A stretch of 54,632 nucleotides of DNA from an uncultured virus (IMG/VR IMGVR_UViG_3300042691_044383) (IMGVR_UViG_3300042691_044383:62001-116632); one strand, 5' to 3'; shown: positions 34,773 to 45,636, counted from the stretch's first letter. Notes: generated by a model from the sequence alone, not told the origin. Made by a program: numbers and translations.

Positions 34773-36482
34773 CTAAATTGCTTTGCGTTCGGCTTCCGTC
34801 AGCTTTTCGAAGCCCGGGATCAATGGCGCGTAGTTGAAATACTTTACCCCGTAAAACGGGTGCGAATCCATTGAGAACCGCGACAAGTCATTCTCCTCCG
34901 CCGTTCGCAAATTCGCTAGGTTGAAAGACGTTGTCGCACTGGCATCCTGGGCGTTGATAGTAACGGTAACACGGTTCACGAAACCGTAAATATCTGTCGC
35001 AAGGTCGTCAATACCTGCACTTTTGGTTGCGGCGTCCGCACGGATTACGACTGTGCTGCCGGGCGCTATGTCGAAACGCAACTTTCCCGTTAACGTTCCT
35101 TCGCGGCCTTGCAAAGCGTTCGCAGCGTAAATCATTTGAGCGTACTTGTTGGACACGTCATTCCAGTCGACAACCGTTGTCTCGGCTTGCTCTTGCACCG
35201 CTGAGTTGTCGCTTCCCACAGCAGTGTTCACAACTTGCGTCAACAAGTTGTTTACGCTTCCGTTGCCGTTGACCGCATTGTCGTCGAGGCTGTCCCAGGC
35301 CGAAAGCCAGTCCGGAGCGGGCACGAAAAGCCACATCCCGTCCACCACGCCGTCCAGGCTTGCGGTGTAGGACCCGCCAACGCACTGTTTAGATTGTGCA
35401 GGTAGGCTTCCCATGTGCTGCTCGTGCATCACGCCTACTCCGAAGAGCGGACGCTGCGATCGCACGGATAAGTGCATGTCGGCTACGTCGGACGTCCAGA
35501 TTACGGCGCCAGCTTCCCGAGCCATTTCGAAGGCGGGTGCAATGATGGCGGAGTCTGCGAGCGGCACGACCGAAAGCCCGATGTCTGGCAGCAGGGAGCC
35601 TATCAGCGTGTGCCACATGCTTGTCCCGGCAAATGAGGCGTTTAAGCGATTCCCAATACTCTTTGAAAGGGCTTGCTTAGCGTTCAAATCAACCTCGAAA
35701 GGGTAGTCCTTAACGTATGTCGGTTGATTGTTGTCGAGAAGATTAATGAACCCTTTCCACTCGAGAACGCCCGATATCGCCTGCAACGCACGCGTGTTTG
35801 ACAGCAAGTTATCCACTAACGCGGACGGTGGCGCACTGTTACACCAAGCAGAAGTCGCCTGTATCAGGTTGTCTTTAGCTATCTTGGTGAGCACCGTGAG
35901 CAACCCTTCCGCGATGTCAAGGTTCATCGCGATAGGTAGCTCACTGATAAAACGACTTGCAGCGTCCATGTAAGTCTTAGCACCGGAGTCTTGGTGAAGT
36001 ATTGGGAGCATAAGATCGTGCGGGGCACCTGGCACAGCGTCGCGGCTACCGCAGGAAGACAAAGCCAAATCAACGAGCGTGTTCACTAAACTAAGAACAA
36101 GCGCAATGCTTCCGTTACTTCGGCGGTAAGAAGTGCCGGCTATGTAGCCCGTGAACAGCACAAATTCACCTCGTGGAAACTGTTGCTTTGCCGCATTCAG
36201 ACCCGCGGGAGCCCAGTCGCCAAGGCTTCCGACAAGCGTCACAACCACCGGTGCCATCTGCTTCAGGTCTTTGGCGATCGAGTAGACGGCAGACGGCTTA
36301 CCTGTCCTTGCGTCGCGTCCAAGCGGTACCGCTGCGGTGGCCGTTGGGATAGAGTTAAGCGAATAGTTCATCGAGAACATAGACGCAGGTATCTCGGTGT
36401 CTGCAACCTTTATTACAATTTTCGCACCGCCTTGTTTGCCAGACAAGTCGACAGTTGCATACGTGTTAGATTTACCCACCAT
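34773..36482 (-). CDS. Baseplate hub-like protein (gp27/gpD-like)
   Basis: C-terminal GTLTGKLRFDIAPGSTVVI...YGFVNRVTVTI...TTSFNL. Start moved to ATG 36482. Confidence 0.6.
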   Translation of the reverse strand: MVGKSNTYATVDLSGKQGGAKIVIKVADTEIPASMFSMNYSLNSIPTATAAVPLGRDARTGKPSAVYSIAKDLKQMAPVVVTLVGSLGDWAPAGLNAAKQQFPRGEFVLFTGYIAGTSYRRSNGSIALVLSLVNTLVDLALSSCGSRDAVPGAPHDLMLPILHQDSGAKTYMDAASRFISELPIAMNLDIAEGLLTVLTKIAKDNLIQATSAWCNSAPPSALVDNLLSNTRALQAISGVLEWKGFINLLDNNQPTYVKDYPFEVDLNAKQALSKSIGNRLNASFAGTSMWHTLIGSLLPDIGLSVVPLADSAIIAPAFEMAREAGAVIWTSDVADMHLSVRSQRPLFGVGVMHEQHMGSLPAQSKQCVGGSYTASLDGVVDGMWLFVPAPDWLSAWDSLDDNAVNGNGSVNNLLTQVVNTAVGSDNSAVQEQAETTVVDWNDVSNKYAQMIYAANALQGREGTLTGKLRFDIAPGSTVVIRADAATKSAGIDDLATDIYGFVNRVTVTINAQDASATTSFNLANLRTAEENDLSRFSMDSHPFYGVKYFNYAPLIPGFEKLTEAERKAI

Positions 36483-37263
36483 TACGCGTTTCCTCTGTTC
36501 GGTAAATGTGCGCCAACAAAATACCGCCCAGCCGGTAGGCAAATTCAGGATGCTTCTGCCAGCAGTTGTAAAAGGTCATGTACGGCTCTGCCGGAGATTC
36601 TCCAAACAACTGTAAAACGTTTTCTTGGCCTATACTTCGCAGGCTTTCGTCGATTTCCGACAGAGATCGCGACGGACGGTAGTACCCTTGAACCCGCCAC
36701 GTGCAACCTTCAGAAAGTTCGTTTACGCGAACCCGATAAGCCGAGTACGGCAGCTCGACCTCCTGACTTAGACCGGCTGTAAATGTCAACGACGTAATAG
36801 TGTTCGCTTCCGGAGAAACTGTACGCTGTACAACGAGGTCGCCACTTAAGACCGAGACAAGATAAGAATACTCGCACCGACCTGAGGCGTCCGGAGACAG
36901 ATCGCTTCCGTTAATATAGATAGCAGCATCTTCGACAGGCTGGCTTGCAACCGCTGAGGGCTGGAACAGTTCCGTCGCCAACAGCCGCGAATCGAAAGGG
37001 CTGTACGTGATTCGTTTGTCTAATTCTGCGATGTGCGACTGCAGCTCCGTTGACTGGATCAATCGTAAAAATTGACAGCTTCGGTAGTTCAACATGACGC
37101 GGTCCGGGCTGATGCCAAACAATATAGACCGCACAACTTGCAGATAAGTCGGCAGCTTTACAGGTCTAAAATCCTCGGGAATAAGTTCATCGCCCGGATA
37201 AATGAGCTGTGAACCGCCTTCTCCGGATTGGTTCAACAGCAAAGTTCTTGCGTGGTTGTACAT
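36472..37263 (-). CDS. Hypothetical tail/baseplate protein
   Basis: 263-aa ORF coupled to its neighbours. Confidence 0.7.
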   Translation of the reverse strand: MYNHARTLLLNQSGEGGSQLIYPGDELIPEDFRPVKLPTYLQVVRSILFGISPDRVMLNYRSCQFLRLIQSTELQSHIAELDKRITYSPFDSRLLATELFQPSAVASQPVEDAAIYINGSDLSPDASGRCEYSYLVSVLSGDLVVQRTVSPEANTITSLTFTAGLSQEVELPYSAYRVRVNELSEGCTWRVQGYYRPSRSLSEIDESLRSIGQENVLQLFGESPAEPYMTFYNCWQKHPEFAYRLGGILLAHIYRTEETRNGG

Positions 37264-37778
37264 TAGAAAACCGAATCGGGTAAAAGGGATACAGTAAGTT
37301 GGAAATTAACTGTTCTGTGTACCGGGTCCTGCACGTTGCTCGATATGGCTGTGATAAACCCAGCGAAAGCCTTGCTTCTGCCAACCGTCACAAAAACCGG
37401 GTCTTTTCTAGCCGATAGTCTGTTTTTCTCGTACCAGTTCAGCATCTCCTCGATGCCGTGTTTGAAGCTTTGCTGCCCTGGATTAAACTGCGCAACAGTA
37501 CCACCGTTCACCTCGCATTTGTTTGCAAAGCTTATGCCATCCAGCACAACTTGCCCCATGCGATCGCCAAACACGTACATGAACACGTCGTTAGCGATCG
37601 AGTGCAAGAATTGAAAGTTACCGCCAGCAGAGACGCCTACTCTAGTGAAGATGCTGTTGTGTACCTGGTAGTTTACGCGAGTGTCTCCTACCAGCGAAAC
37701 AAGCGAAAGGGATCCCGCCGCCACTGCATCGTTGATAGCCGCGACTCGACCTGTGTTTTGTGCAAATATTAACGGCAT
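37263..37778 (-). CDS. Tube-initiator-like protein (putative)
   Basis: Directly after the tape measure. Beta-rich: YVFGDRMGQVVLDG...FAGFITAISSNV...VNFQLTV. Confidence 0.55.
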   Translation of the reverse strand: MPLIFAQNTGRVAAINDAVAAGSLSLVSLVGDTRVNYQVHNSIFTRVGVSAGGNFQFLHSIANDVFMYVFGDRMGQVVLDGISFANKCEVNGGTVAQFNPGQQSFKHGIEEMLNWYEKNRLSARKDPVFVTVGRSKAFAGFITAISSNVQDPVHRTVNFQLTVSLLPDSVF

Positions 37779-37782
37779 ACGG

Positions 37783-40700
37783 TTAGCTCCCCAGAGAGGT
37801 TGTAACACCTTGCAGCGTACCGGTACCGTTTACTACGTCACCCGTAACTCGAATTTCGCCGGAAATATGCTGAGTGGAAGCACTTTCACTCGCCGTCTCC
37901 GCTGCGATATCTCGTCCCGCAACCGCAGACATTTCCTTTGCAAGCTTTTCCTGTGTGTAAGTCCCGGTTTCCTCCCGCATACCCAAGAACTCCGTCTGCT
38001 GCATCATTTTGTTCAAATCTCCGACCGACATGTTGTAAGACTTAGCCAACTGCTTAAGTTTCTCGGGATCACCTTTCGCTTCCGCATACTTGTCCGTTAA
38101 AGAATCCAGCTTTTCAATTGCGTTAGCACCGTCTACGTTCTTGTTTTTGTCCAGCCTTTTAAGCACGGTCGCCAGCATTTTTTGATTTGCAGACGAGTCG
38201 CCTTCTTCCGTTTTCAGCTTTTCGGCAAAACCTTTGCGATCGTCCGCTGCCTCTAATCCGAAGGCGTCAGCCAGCGTGTTCAGCTCTTCGGTAGGCAAAA
38301 CCCTGGCTTGCGCTTCGGCTTCGTTGTCCCTTGCCGTCTGCTCCAGCTTCACGGACTCTTCTATCTTGTTGTCGATTTCTTTCTCGCTGAGGCCTTGAGA
38401 CCGCAACGCTTCTCGACCCGCCTCGTAGTCTTTAGCTCGCCTTTCGAGTAAGCCGATCGAGCCTTGATTAGCCAGCTGTTTCTTATACTCGGCCTCGTCT
38501 TTCGGATCGCCCGGAGTCAAACCCATGGCCAGCATACCGGCATTCCTGTCGCGTAAAGCAACTTCACGTTTAGCCCTGATAGCAGCAACCGAAGCTGACG
38601 CTCGCCGTCGGACTTCCGGGTCTTTCGATTGCAGGTCAGCATCGAAACGCGAGATATCGCGATCCGTTGAAGAAATAATCGATTCTGCGTTTTTGGCTTT
38701 GGCTAGAACTTCTTTGTCCGAGATCGCCAAAAGTGATGAAGGCATTTTCCCGGACTTGACGGCTTCCAGGTATTGCTCAGGCGTCATGCCAAGCTTCTTG
38801 GCGTCTTCGTCGTAATTCCCAAGTGTCAACTTGGCCAAGTTTTGTGCAGCACCCAGCCCGCTGACCTCGATAGCGCTTCCGGCTTCCTCGATCGCCGTAT
38901 CGAGTTCGGTCTTTATTTGTTTCGCTTCTTCTTGCAAACGTTGTCGCTCCTCGGGCGTTGAAGCCTCAGCGAATTGCGCCTCTAACGCTCGCGCCTTCTC
39001 GTACGCAGCTTGCACCCGCGCAAGCGGTCCGCTTATTTGCTGCTGCTCCGGCAAAAAGGCACCGCCGAATACATCCTGTAGCAACGTATCCATGTTAACG
39101 GGCTGACCGCCCGCTGCTCGATCGGCTTGACGCATGATGGCGGAGCCGATACGACCCTGCACACCGCCGACACCCTGCATCTTAGCCATGGATTCATTTA
39201 CCGAGCTTCGCACAGCCGCAGCTTGCTGCGCCGCATTGCGTGCCTGTGAAACCTGGCTTCCGTGAACTTGCGAGTAAGCCGTAAAAGACTCAAAGCCGTA
39301 GCCTTTTACCGTCTGTTCCGCTTGCCCAAATTGCCCCGCAGCAACGGCTCGAGCCTGCTCGTCCGACATCGTAACGTTGTAGGTTGCAGCTTCCGCGCGA
39401 ATAGCCTCTGCCATGGCACCTATTCGCAATTCCGGGTTCTGCATTTCAGCCGGAGAAAGCGTGTTTAACGCGTCAAGCCCGGCGGCACTTATTGCACGAG
39501 AAGCATCTGCCCTTTGTGCATTATCGGGAATGCCCGTCCTTAAAATCGTTTCGCCGCTGAGCCTGAAGCCCATGACTTGATTAAGTTTCTGGTTGATTTC
39601 ACGGCGTTGTTGCTGAAAAGCCACCTGTTGCATTTCCGGGTTTTCCGCCAGCGCTCGCATGTTCGCAGTGGTGTCGGTGAGCATCATGTTAAAGGTGTTT
39701 GCATCGCCTCCTGCCAGACCACCTGCGGCTGCCAAAGACCTAAACTCGGTAAGTTTAGTCGGCATGTTGTGAGTGGTTCCGTTGAAGGTGTACGTGTCCT
39801 CGCCAGCAGCCGCCGCGTTCATAATCGCCTGAAGCTGTTGCCCGGCGGCGTTGTTTGAAAAGCCACCAGCCTGCCGTACACGCAACAAGGCACCCATGGC
39901 TTGCGCCGTTTCAGAGCCTAGGCCGCGACTGAACAAACTCATCGTGGCCTGTTCTGCTTGTTGTCGATTAAGCGCACCGAATCCCGTAGCGCCTCCGGCC
40001 TGAGAGAAAGCCATACCGCCTGCCACGCCCGCGGCCATCGTTGCAGGATTGAAATTAGCTGCGTGCGATCCGAGCATCGTCGTGTTCATTGAGTTAGCGG
40101 TTTGGCTCATTGCCAAAAGCTGATCCACGCTCTTGCCCGACATTTGGCTCATGGCCTGCATGTCTCGAACCATATTCGCAAGCGACGCGGGGTCGAACTT
40201 CTGCATCTGGCCACCGGTCAACGCTTTCAATGCGCCTATAAGCTGTGGCACGGGTGCATTGGGGTTTCCGGCTTCACCAAACACTTCCCGCATAGCCGAG
40301 ATTGCACCCACGTATTCCTGAAGCTGACTGGAGATCTGCTGCGCGTCAGCCTTCGTGAGTTGCTCCTGCACGGAAGAGTTTTTACGCAACTGTCCAAGTT
40401 GTGCGTTGCTTAGCCCGTTCAAGTTACCGGAAAGGGCTTCCGCACTTATACCGGTACCGTTGGCCAGGTCCTCCGCGCTGACGCCCGTTTGCCTTGCAGC
40501 TTCGATAGCGTCAAGCGTGCGGTTTCGAAGACTTGTTGTCGGACCGGCCAATCCCTCTGCGGACAACGTGCGATAAATTTGCCCTACGTCGCCAGCCCGC
40601 AGACCTTGCATCCTAGGAATGTTGTCGGCGGCAAACATGTTGCTAAAAACGTTTTTAATGAGTCCGGTGTTAGCATCCGCACCTAAGCCGTACTTTCCCG

Positions 40701-41307
40701 TGACCGGGTCGATGCGGTACCTGTTGGCTTCCATCATCTGCGACGCCATAGCCTGCACGCTGCCGGACGGACCCGACATCATGTCCAGAAATTCGGATCC
40801 GCCGGGCACAAGCATCGAAATCATCGGGCTTTGCTGGGCAATGTTTCCCGCCATCTGCTGTGCCGCAAACCGCTGACTAGATGTCATCGGAACCCCGGCG
40901 ATTGCCGCGCTTCCCCGGAAAAACTGGTAGATGTTAGCCGCATCCTGGCTTGCGACCCCGTTCATTACCTGAAGCTGTGTGGCTTGCATCTGTCTTGCGT
41001 CGATTGCTTGCTGCATAGACGCCGCGTTTCCGGTCGAAATTAAACCGGCTTGTTGCAGGCGTTGAGACAGGTATATGTTGCCTGCGGCGCCTAATAACTG
41101 CCCCGGAAGACCGTAGTTGTGGAGACCGAAAGGCGCTAAAGGCGAGGTGTCTACACTACCGGCACCGAAAACTGCCGGACCGTGCATGTTTGCAGTAGCG
41201 GCTAAGTTGTTTCCACCGGGTCCGGGCATACCCAAACCCGGGAAACCGGAGTACCCGGTCTGCTGCATCAAATACAGCTGGATGTTCGGGTCGTTCATGT
41301 AGTTCAT
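37783..41307 (-). CDS. Tail tape measure protein
   Basis: 1174 aa, Ala/Gln/Gly/Met-rich and helical, immediately after the frameshift-linked chaperone pair. Confidence 0.8.
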   Translation of the reverse strand: MNYMNDPNIQLYLMQQTGYSGFPGLGMPGPGGNNLAATANMHGPAVFGAGSVDTSPLAPFGLHNYGLPGQLLGAAGNIYLSQRLQQAGLISTGNAASMQQAIDARQMQATQLQVMNGVASQDAANIYQFFRGSAAIAGVPMTSSQRFAAQQMAGNIAQQSPMISMLVPGGSEFLDMMSGPSGSVQAMASQMMEANRYRIDPVTGKYGLGADANTGLIKNVFSNMFAADNIPRMQGLRAGDVGQIYRTLSAEGLAGPTTSLRNRTLDAIEAARQTGVSAEDLANGTGISAEALSGNLNGLSNAQLGQLRKNSSVQEQLTKADAQQISSQLQEYVGAISAMREVFGEAGNPNAPVPQLIGALKALTGGQMQKFDPASLANMVRDMQAMSQMSGKSVDQLLAMSQTANSMNTTMLGSHAANFNPATMAAGVAGGMAFSQAGGATGFGALNRQQAEQATMSLFSRGLGSETAQAMGALLRVRQAGGFSNNAAGQQLQAIMNAAAAGEDTYTFNGTTHNMPTKLTEFRSLAAAGGLAGGDANTFNMMLTDTTANMRALAENPEMQQVAFQQQRREINQKLNQVMGFRLSGETILRTGIPDNAQRADASRAISAAGLDALNTLSPAEMQNPELRIGAMAEAIRAEAATYNVTMSDEQARAVAAGQFGQAEQTVKGYGFESFTAYSQVHGSQVSQARNAAQQAAAVRSSVNESMAKMQGVGGVQGRIGSAIMRQADRAAGGQPVNMDTLLQDVFGGAFLPEQQQISGPLARVQAAYEKARALEAQFAEASTPEERQRLQEEAKQIKTELDTAIEEAGSAIEVSGLGAAQNLAKLTLGNYDEDAKKLGMTPEQYLEAVKSGKMPSSLLAISDKEVLAKAKNAESIISSTDRDISRFDADLQSKDPEVRRRASASVAAIRAKREVALRDRNAGMLAMGLTPGDPKDEAEYKKQLANQGSIGLLERRAKDYEAGREALRSQGLSEKEIDNKIEESVKLEQTARDNEAEAQARVLPTEELNTLADAFGLEAADDRKGFAEKLKTEEGDSSANQKMLATVLKRLDKNKNVDGANAIEKLDSLTDKYAEAKGDPEKLKQLAKSYNMSVGDLNKMMQQTEFLGMREETGTYTQEKLAKEMSAVAGRDIAAETASESASTQHISGEIRVTGDVVNGTGTLQGVTTSLGS

Positions 41308-41837
41308 CGGCGGCGTCCTTGCTGCTTTAAGCGCTTTTTACGTATCTCTTCGACAGCTGCGTGGAAGGTGTCAAGCCGATTCTGCTCTTGTCTTGCCTGC
41401 CGCTCTCTTTCTTCGCGTTTGCCGCTCGTAGCGTTTCGAATTTCCTCTTCCCACTTTGCCAAGGCCTCCGCGTCGTTCGGTTTCCACCCGGTGAGTTTTT
41501 CCCATTGTACAGCATACTCGTCGGCTTCGCTGCGTAAATATTGCGACTCCAAAGCTGCCGCCCAAGGTTGCTTGCTTTCCCGCAACGTGCTGTACCGCTC
41601 AAGCGTACTCTTGTGCTGTGCCGCCGTGTCTATTCTCGAGTTGGACAACAGTGCCAGGCTTAGACTGTACAAGTTACCAACCAGCTCTGTGTGCTCTTCA
41701 GCTGCAAGAGACCGTGTGACGTAACGCCATTTAAGCCACCACCCGTGATCTTTTACGTTAGCCTGCGAAAAGTCCAACGCACCACGCATGGCAGCCTTTA
41801 GCGTTAGAGCGGCGTCGCGGTCTCTTTCCAAAAATTT
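41304..41837 (-). CDS. Tail assembly chaperone frameshift extension (lambda gpT-like)
   Basis: Lies in the -1 frame relative to the upstream gene and overlaps it at a slippery heptamer. Confidence 0.7.
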   Translation of the reverse strand, partial: KFLERDRDAALTLKAAMRGALDFSQANVKDHGWWLKWRYVTRSLAAEEHTELVGNLYSLSLALLSNSRIDTAAQHKSTLERYSTLRESKQPWAAALESQYLRSEADEYAVQWEKLTGWKPNDAEALAKWEEEIRNATSGKREERERQARQEQNRLDTFHAAVEEIRKKRLKQQGRRR

Positions 41838-42673
41838 TCGTCGTCTATGCAAACCTCCAACTTGGCCACCAGCTGATTGAACTTAGCGCAGTAGTGGGAA
41901 ACAATTCGTTGCAAATGCTCAGTGCACAAGACTTCCTTAAGCACGTATGCTTCAATCTGCGGAATCAGTTCATCCTCCGCGTCGTATTCCGCCTTGTCCT
42001 TCAAGAAATCTTCCCAATCTATTCCGCACAGCTTGTTTGTTTTTTTCGACAAGCCGTCTGGAAGCACAAAATGCATCGCGCTAGCCGAAGCATTTAAAGT
42101 TTGAAGCTGCAGGAAAAGACGCTGCCGATTCAGATAGTCGTAATACTCTTGTGTGGATTCAATGCGTCCCGCTCGCTGCTCCCGGTAGGCCGAAGTGTAC
42201 AGGGCGTCAAGCTCTTGCACTGTCAGACCGCGAAAAGACATTTTCAGTTTGCCGCCAAGCGTGCTGTAGTCCTTGGTGAAAACCTTTTGTCCGAGTACGG
42301 TTGCGAGGAAAACCAGTTTGTCCTGCTTGTCAGGCGGATCAAGCGGAGGGCGTCGCTGATCCCAGCCGCAATGCGTACAGATAGGTGCGACGGAGGCCGC
42401 CGAGGTTTCCGAAACGCTTTCTTCTACGGCAGCCGGCGGCGGCGGTGCCAAGTCCGGGAGATTTGGCACGAAAGTGACGGTGGGATCTGCCGGTGCCAAC
42501 GTGGCTGTCTCCGCGATCGGCGAGGGAACCTCGCTGAAAACAACCGTCGAATCTTCGCTTGTCGGCTTCGCAACGGTCTTACCTTGCTGCTCAAGCAGCT
42601 GTTCGACAGTAATTCCCTGCGACTTGGCTACCGCAGCCAGTAGTTCTTTTTCCGCCTCAAAACTATTACTCAT
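41804..42673 (-). CDS. Tail assembly chaperone (lambda gpG-like)
   Basis: Upstream of the tape measure, with LKMSFRGLTVQE and CTHCGW motifs. Ends DENFWKETATPL. Start moved to ATG 42673. Confidence 0.7.
   Translation of the reverse strand: MSNSFEAEKELLAAVAKSQGITVEQLLEQQGKTVAKPTSEDSTVVFSEVPSPIAETATLAPADPTVTFVPNLPDLAPPPPAAVEESVSETSAASVAPICTHCGWDQRRPPLDPPDKQDKLVFLATVLGQKVFTKDYSTLGGKLKMSFRGLTVQELDALYTSAYREQRAGRIESTQEYYDYLNRQRLFLQLQTLNASASAMHFVLPDGLSKKTNKLCGIDWEDFLKDKAEYDAEDELIPQIEAYVLKEVLCTEHLQRIVSHYCAKFNQLVAKLEVCIDDENFWKETATPL
41831..41837 (-). promoter_or_regulatory. -1 ribosomal frameshift slippery site A AAT TTT
   Basis: In-phase X XXY YYZ in GAA AAT TTT TGG. The -1 frame reads FLERDRDAA..., the downstream ORF. 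Confidence 0.75.
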
Positions 42674-42681
42674 GTTCGGTC

Positions 42682-45489
42682 CTATAGTTTGTAATTGCCA
42701 TCGCAGACACGTTGCTTCCAAGGTTTAAACACAGGCGACTCGTAATCCGTTTGACTCGCGTCACGGTCCTTAGCGGCTTTCGCACCCTTGTCAAAAACCA
42801 CAAAATCGTCGGTGTTACTGTAAGCTAAAAACGTCTCGTCACCAGCCCAGTTTTTCTTTCCGGGCCAAGGATACAGGCTATTTCCTTGGTAGAACACGGG
42901 GTTCTCTTGCCAAGTCGAAGACGAGACCTGCGTCAGCCCCATCCGATCAAGCTGCTGCCAACGCGTTTCCAGCAAGAAAAACTTGCCTTCTGCGTACCCG
43001 TAAGCGTTTCCGCTTTGACTGTTGTCACGGTACGAAAATCCGACCTCGTCCAACAGGAACGTGTTATTACCTACACGGTTCTCGGCCCACACTCTTTCTT
43101 GCAGATACTGTATTGCCGTCTGTCCGGCGGTATTGAATTTAGGAACTGCTTCTTCGTACGCGTCGATAAAGTCCCGAATTGCTGTCGGAGTCTCTCCCTG
43201 CGAGCTGTCGCCAACTCGCCCTTTGTAACAGGCCATGGCTCGCAGAGCGAAGATCTGGCCCTTCGAGTAAACGCTCCCCTCGACGCCAAGTGCGCCGTTC
43301 TCGGTGATGACAACGTTCTTAGTAAATACCGTTGGGCCGTTTATCTTTGAAAAAGACGGGCCGAAGAAGTGCGACTTGTTGATGGTCGCTTCGCCTTGGC
43401 CCGGTGCGCTATGGTAGATACCCAGTCCTATGCTGTTCACAAAAACGTGCTGTCTGGCGTAGTTGATACAATCGCCGCGACCACTGCCGCAGTCCACAAT
43501 AAACGTACCGTAGCCTTCGGCGACCTCTTTCGTGACACCGGTGCGGATGTAATTGTCTTGCGAAATAGCGTTAACCGCAGAGCCTTTGGCTAACAACGTG
43601 ATGCCTGCGGATTGCACCTCTTCGCCAATCTTTTGTTGGTAATTCTGAGACGTTCCCTGCCCCTTCGTTTCTAGCAAGATACCACCATAACCGCCATTCC
43701 CGGCCAGTACCTGTATGTTGTTTTCCGCCTTGATGCGGACGTCTTTGTCACTTGCGGACACGTCTACGTTAGATCGGGCACGCAAAATCACATCATCGGC
43801 CATGGTGATTGCACGGGACCCGGACAGTATCATTACGTCGCCACCTGCCTCCAGCCGGATCTGCCCGCCGGTCATGGTTAGCTGCGAACCAAAACCGTCT
43901 GCGATGATCACGCTTCCGTCTTCTTCGAGCCGGAAAAAAGACATGGTGTTGTAGTAGTTTGAGTCGCCGTATCGCTTGTCGATCTCCAGCTTTTTCGGTT
44001 CTACCTGCACGTACGCTTGAGACATGCTGCCGCGATAAAACTCGACACCCGCGGCCAGAACACTACCCCCGTTCTTTTCCTGCGGGTAATGGTAATCTTT
44101 CGCATGGTAAGCAAAGGCATGCGTACCTTTCCAGTTGAACTGGTGCGATAGCATGTCCATCACGCCCGCAGCCCTGAGAATTGACGGCACGTCGGTTACA
44201 GACGAATCGTCCCAGTCTCGAACCTTGTGCTCGTCGCCGCTACCGTATACTCCACTGAAACGGTAGTTGTTATTCTCGGCAAGGTCGTCGCCTTTCGCGT
44301 CCTCCGGCTTTCGAAGCTCCTGCGGGACAGGAATTGCAGGATACTTGACGATTGAGTAACTCTTAGCAGTGCGGACGCCGTAACTTCCGTCCAAGCTCAA
44401 CATCTCGTGGAAAAGACCCGTATCCACATTCGACGCTGCATCGGTCGCAACTCGAATGCCGCTGGTCTTTGACGGACGCATCAACATCCGCTGATAGCCT
44501 TGTCCCAGGTATCCGCCGTACTCGGTCAAACGATGAATCGGGGTTTGACCTGGATTGTTCACGTCTATCTCGGCGAGCGGAAAATCACGGTCGAGCTGAA
44601 CTTTAGCCGGGTCATTACTACTTGTGAAGTTGGCATCCGGCCCGTACATGCCGGTAGCTTCCCAAGGGTAGATGGCGTGCCCGATGCGAGAGTAAATTTC
44701 ACCCTCGTCTAGTCGCTGAGAAACGTGCGTTGCATAAGATTGAACATCGAGCGAAACGCCGGAAAGCTTGGCGTAGTCGTCGAAATAGTTGAGGAAAAGC
44801 CCGGTCGCTTCGTTCACTCGCAAGTAAGCCTGGAACGAGTCAATTAGCAAGCCAATACCTGTCTCCGACATTCGAACGTATTCGCCAACGGTTCCGTCTA
44901 GAGGCCTTCCGGCTGTGTGGGCCCTGACACCCAAACCGTCCGTCGACGAATTGATCAGATTAACGTAAGCCGGAATCTGCTTGATACCCGTGTTGCCGCC
45001 TTGCTGCAGGATCTCAGCCGGGCTGTAAAAGTCAGACCACAGCGGCGAGGGCACTGTACCCATAATATAAGCCAGGAATGAGCTCTTCGGTTTCCACAGA
45101 ATGACGTTTGAATTCGGCGGAATGACTTCTCCGCTTCGAACACCTAAGGGCGTCATGGCATTGTGCCCACTGGCTACGGCCATGCATTTGCCTTGCCTAC
45201 CCGCCAACTGCACAACATAACAATGCAAGTAAGGTATGGCGAAAAGAACTTTACCCATTCGAAGCGGAGTGTCTTGCTGGAACGTATGGTTCTGCACCAC
45301 CGCAAGCTTTTTTGGGTCTTCCGCTACCGTACCTGTGATCGACTGCTGTACGACAGAAGTAGCCTCTTGAACTCGAGAGAAGAGGCTGTAAAGAAAGGCG
45401 TAATCGCTGGGAGCCGCCCCTGTCTGCTTGGCATTCAATACGGCGGGTTGGCTGTTAACGTTCTGCGCGGAGTTCCAAGGTAGTGACAT
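42682..45489 (-). CDS. Baseplate spike / gp5-VgrG-like protein
   Basis: OB-fold-like N-terminus (IPPNSNVILW...YIMG) and beta-helix-like strands (DGSVIIADGFGSQLTMTGGQIRLEAGGDV). Confidence 0.6.
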   Translation of the reverse strand: MSLPWNSAQNVNSQPAVLNAKQTGAAPSDYAFLYSLFSRVQEATSVVQQSITGTVAEDPKKLAVVQNHTFQQDTPLRMGKVLFAIPYLHCYVVQLAGRQGKCMAVASGHNAMTPLGVRSGEVIPPNSNVILWKPKSSFLAYIMGTVPSPLWSDFYSPAEILQQGGNTGIKQIPAYVNLINSSTDGLGVRAHTAGRPLDGTVGEYVRMSETGIGLLIDSFQAYLRVNEATGLFLNYFDDYAKLSGVSLDVQSYATHVSQRLDEGEIYSRIGHAIYPWEATGMYGPDANFTSSNDPAKVQLDRDFPLAEIDVNNPGQTPIHRLTEYGGYLGQGYQRMLMRPSKTSGIRVATDAASNVDTGLFHEMLSLDGSYGVRTAKSYSIVKYPAIPVPQELRKPEDAKGDDLAENNNYRFSGVYGSGDEHKVRDWDDSSVTDVPSILRAAGVMDMLSHQFNWKGTHAFAYHAKDYHYPQEKNGGSVLAAGVEFYRGSMSQAYVQVEPKKLEIDKRYGDSNYYNTMSFFRLEEDGSVIIADGFGSQLTMTGGQIRLEAGGDVMILSGSRAITMADDVILRARSNVDVSASDKDVRIKAENNIQVLAGNGGYGGILLETKGQGTSQNYQQKIGEEVQSAGITLLAKGSAVNAISQDNYIRTGVTKEVAEGYGTFIVDCGSGRGDCINYARQHVFVNSIGLGIYHSAPGQGEATINKSHFFGPSFSKINGPTVFTKNVVITENGALGVEGSVYSKGQIFALRAMACYKGRVGDSSQGETPTAIRDFIDAYEEAVPKFNTAGQTAIQYLQERVWAENRVGNNTFLLDEVGFSYRDNSQSGNAYGYAEGKFFLLETRWQQLDRMGLTQVSSSTWQENPVFYQGNSLYPWPGKKNWAGDETFLAYSNTDDFVVFDKGAKAAKDRDASQTDYESPVFKPWKQRVCDGNYKL

Positions 45490-45578
45490 TTACGGTATCT
45501 CACCTTGCGGTGCGTTTGGGGCTGGCCGGACTTAAAACCGCATTTTAACGCAATTTGGCCGCCGCAGCGTCGCTCAAT

Positions 45579-45614
45579 AAAAAAGGCTAGCTCATTTTTA
45601 CCTGAGCTAGCCTT
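45579..45614 (-). terminator. Rho-independent terminator after the tail tube gene
   Basis: AAGGCTAGCTCA-GGTAAAAA-TGAGCTAGCCTT followed by TTTTATT. Confidence 0.85.
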
Positions 45615-45636
45615 AAATTGCCATCGTAGTTTCCGC

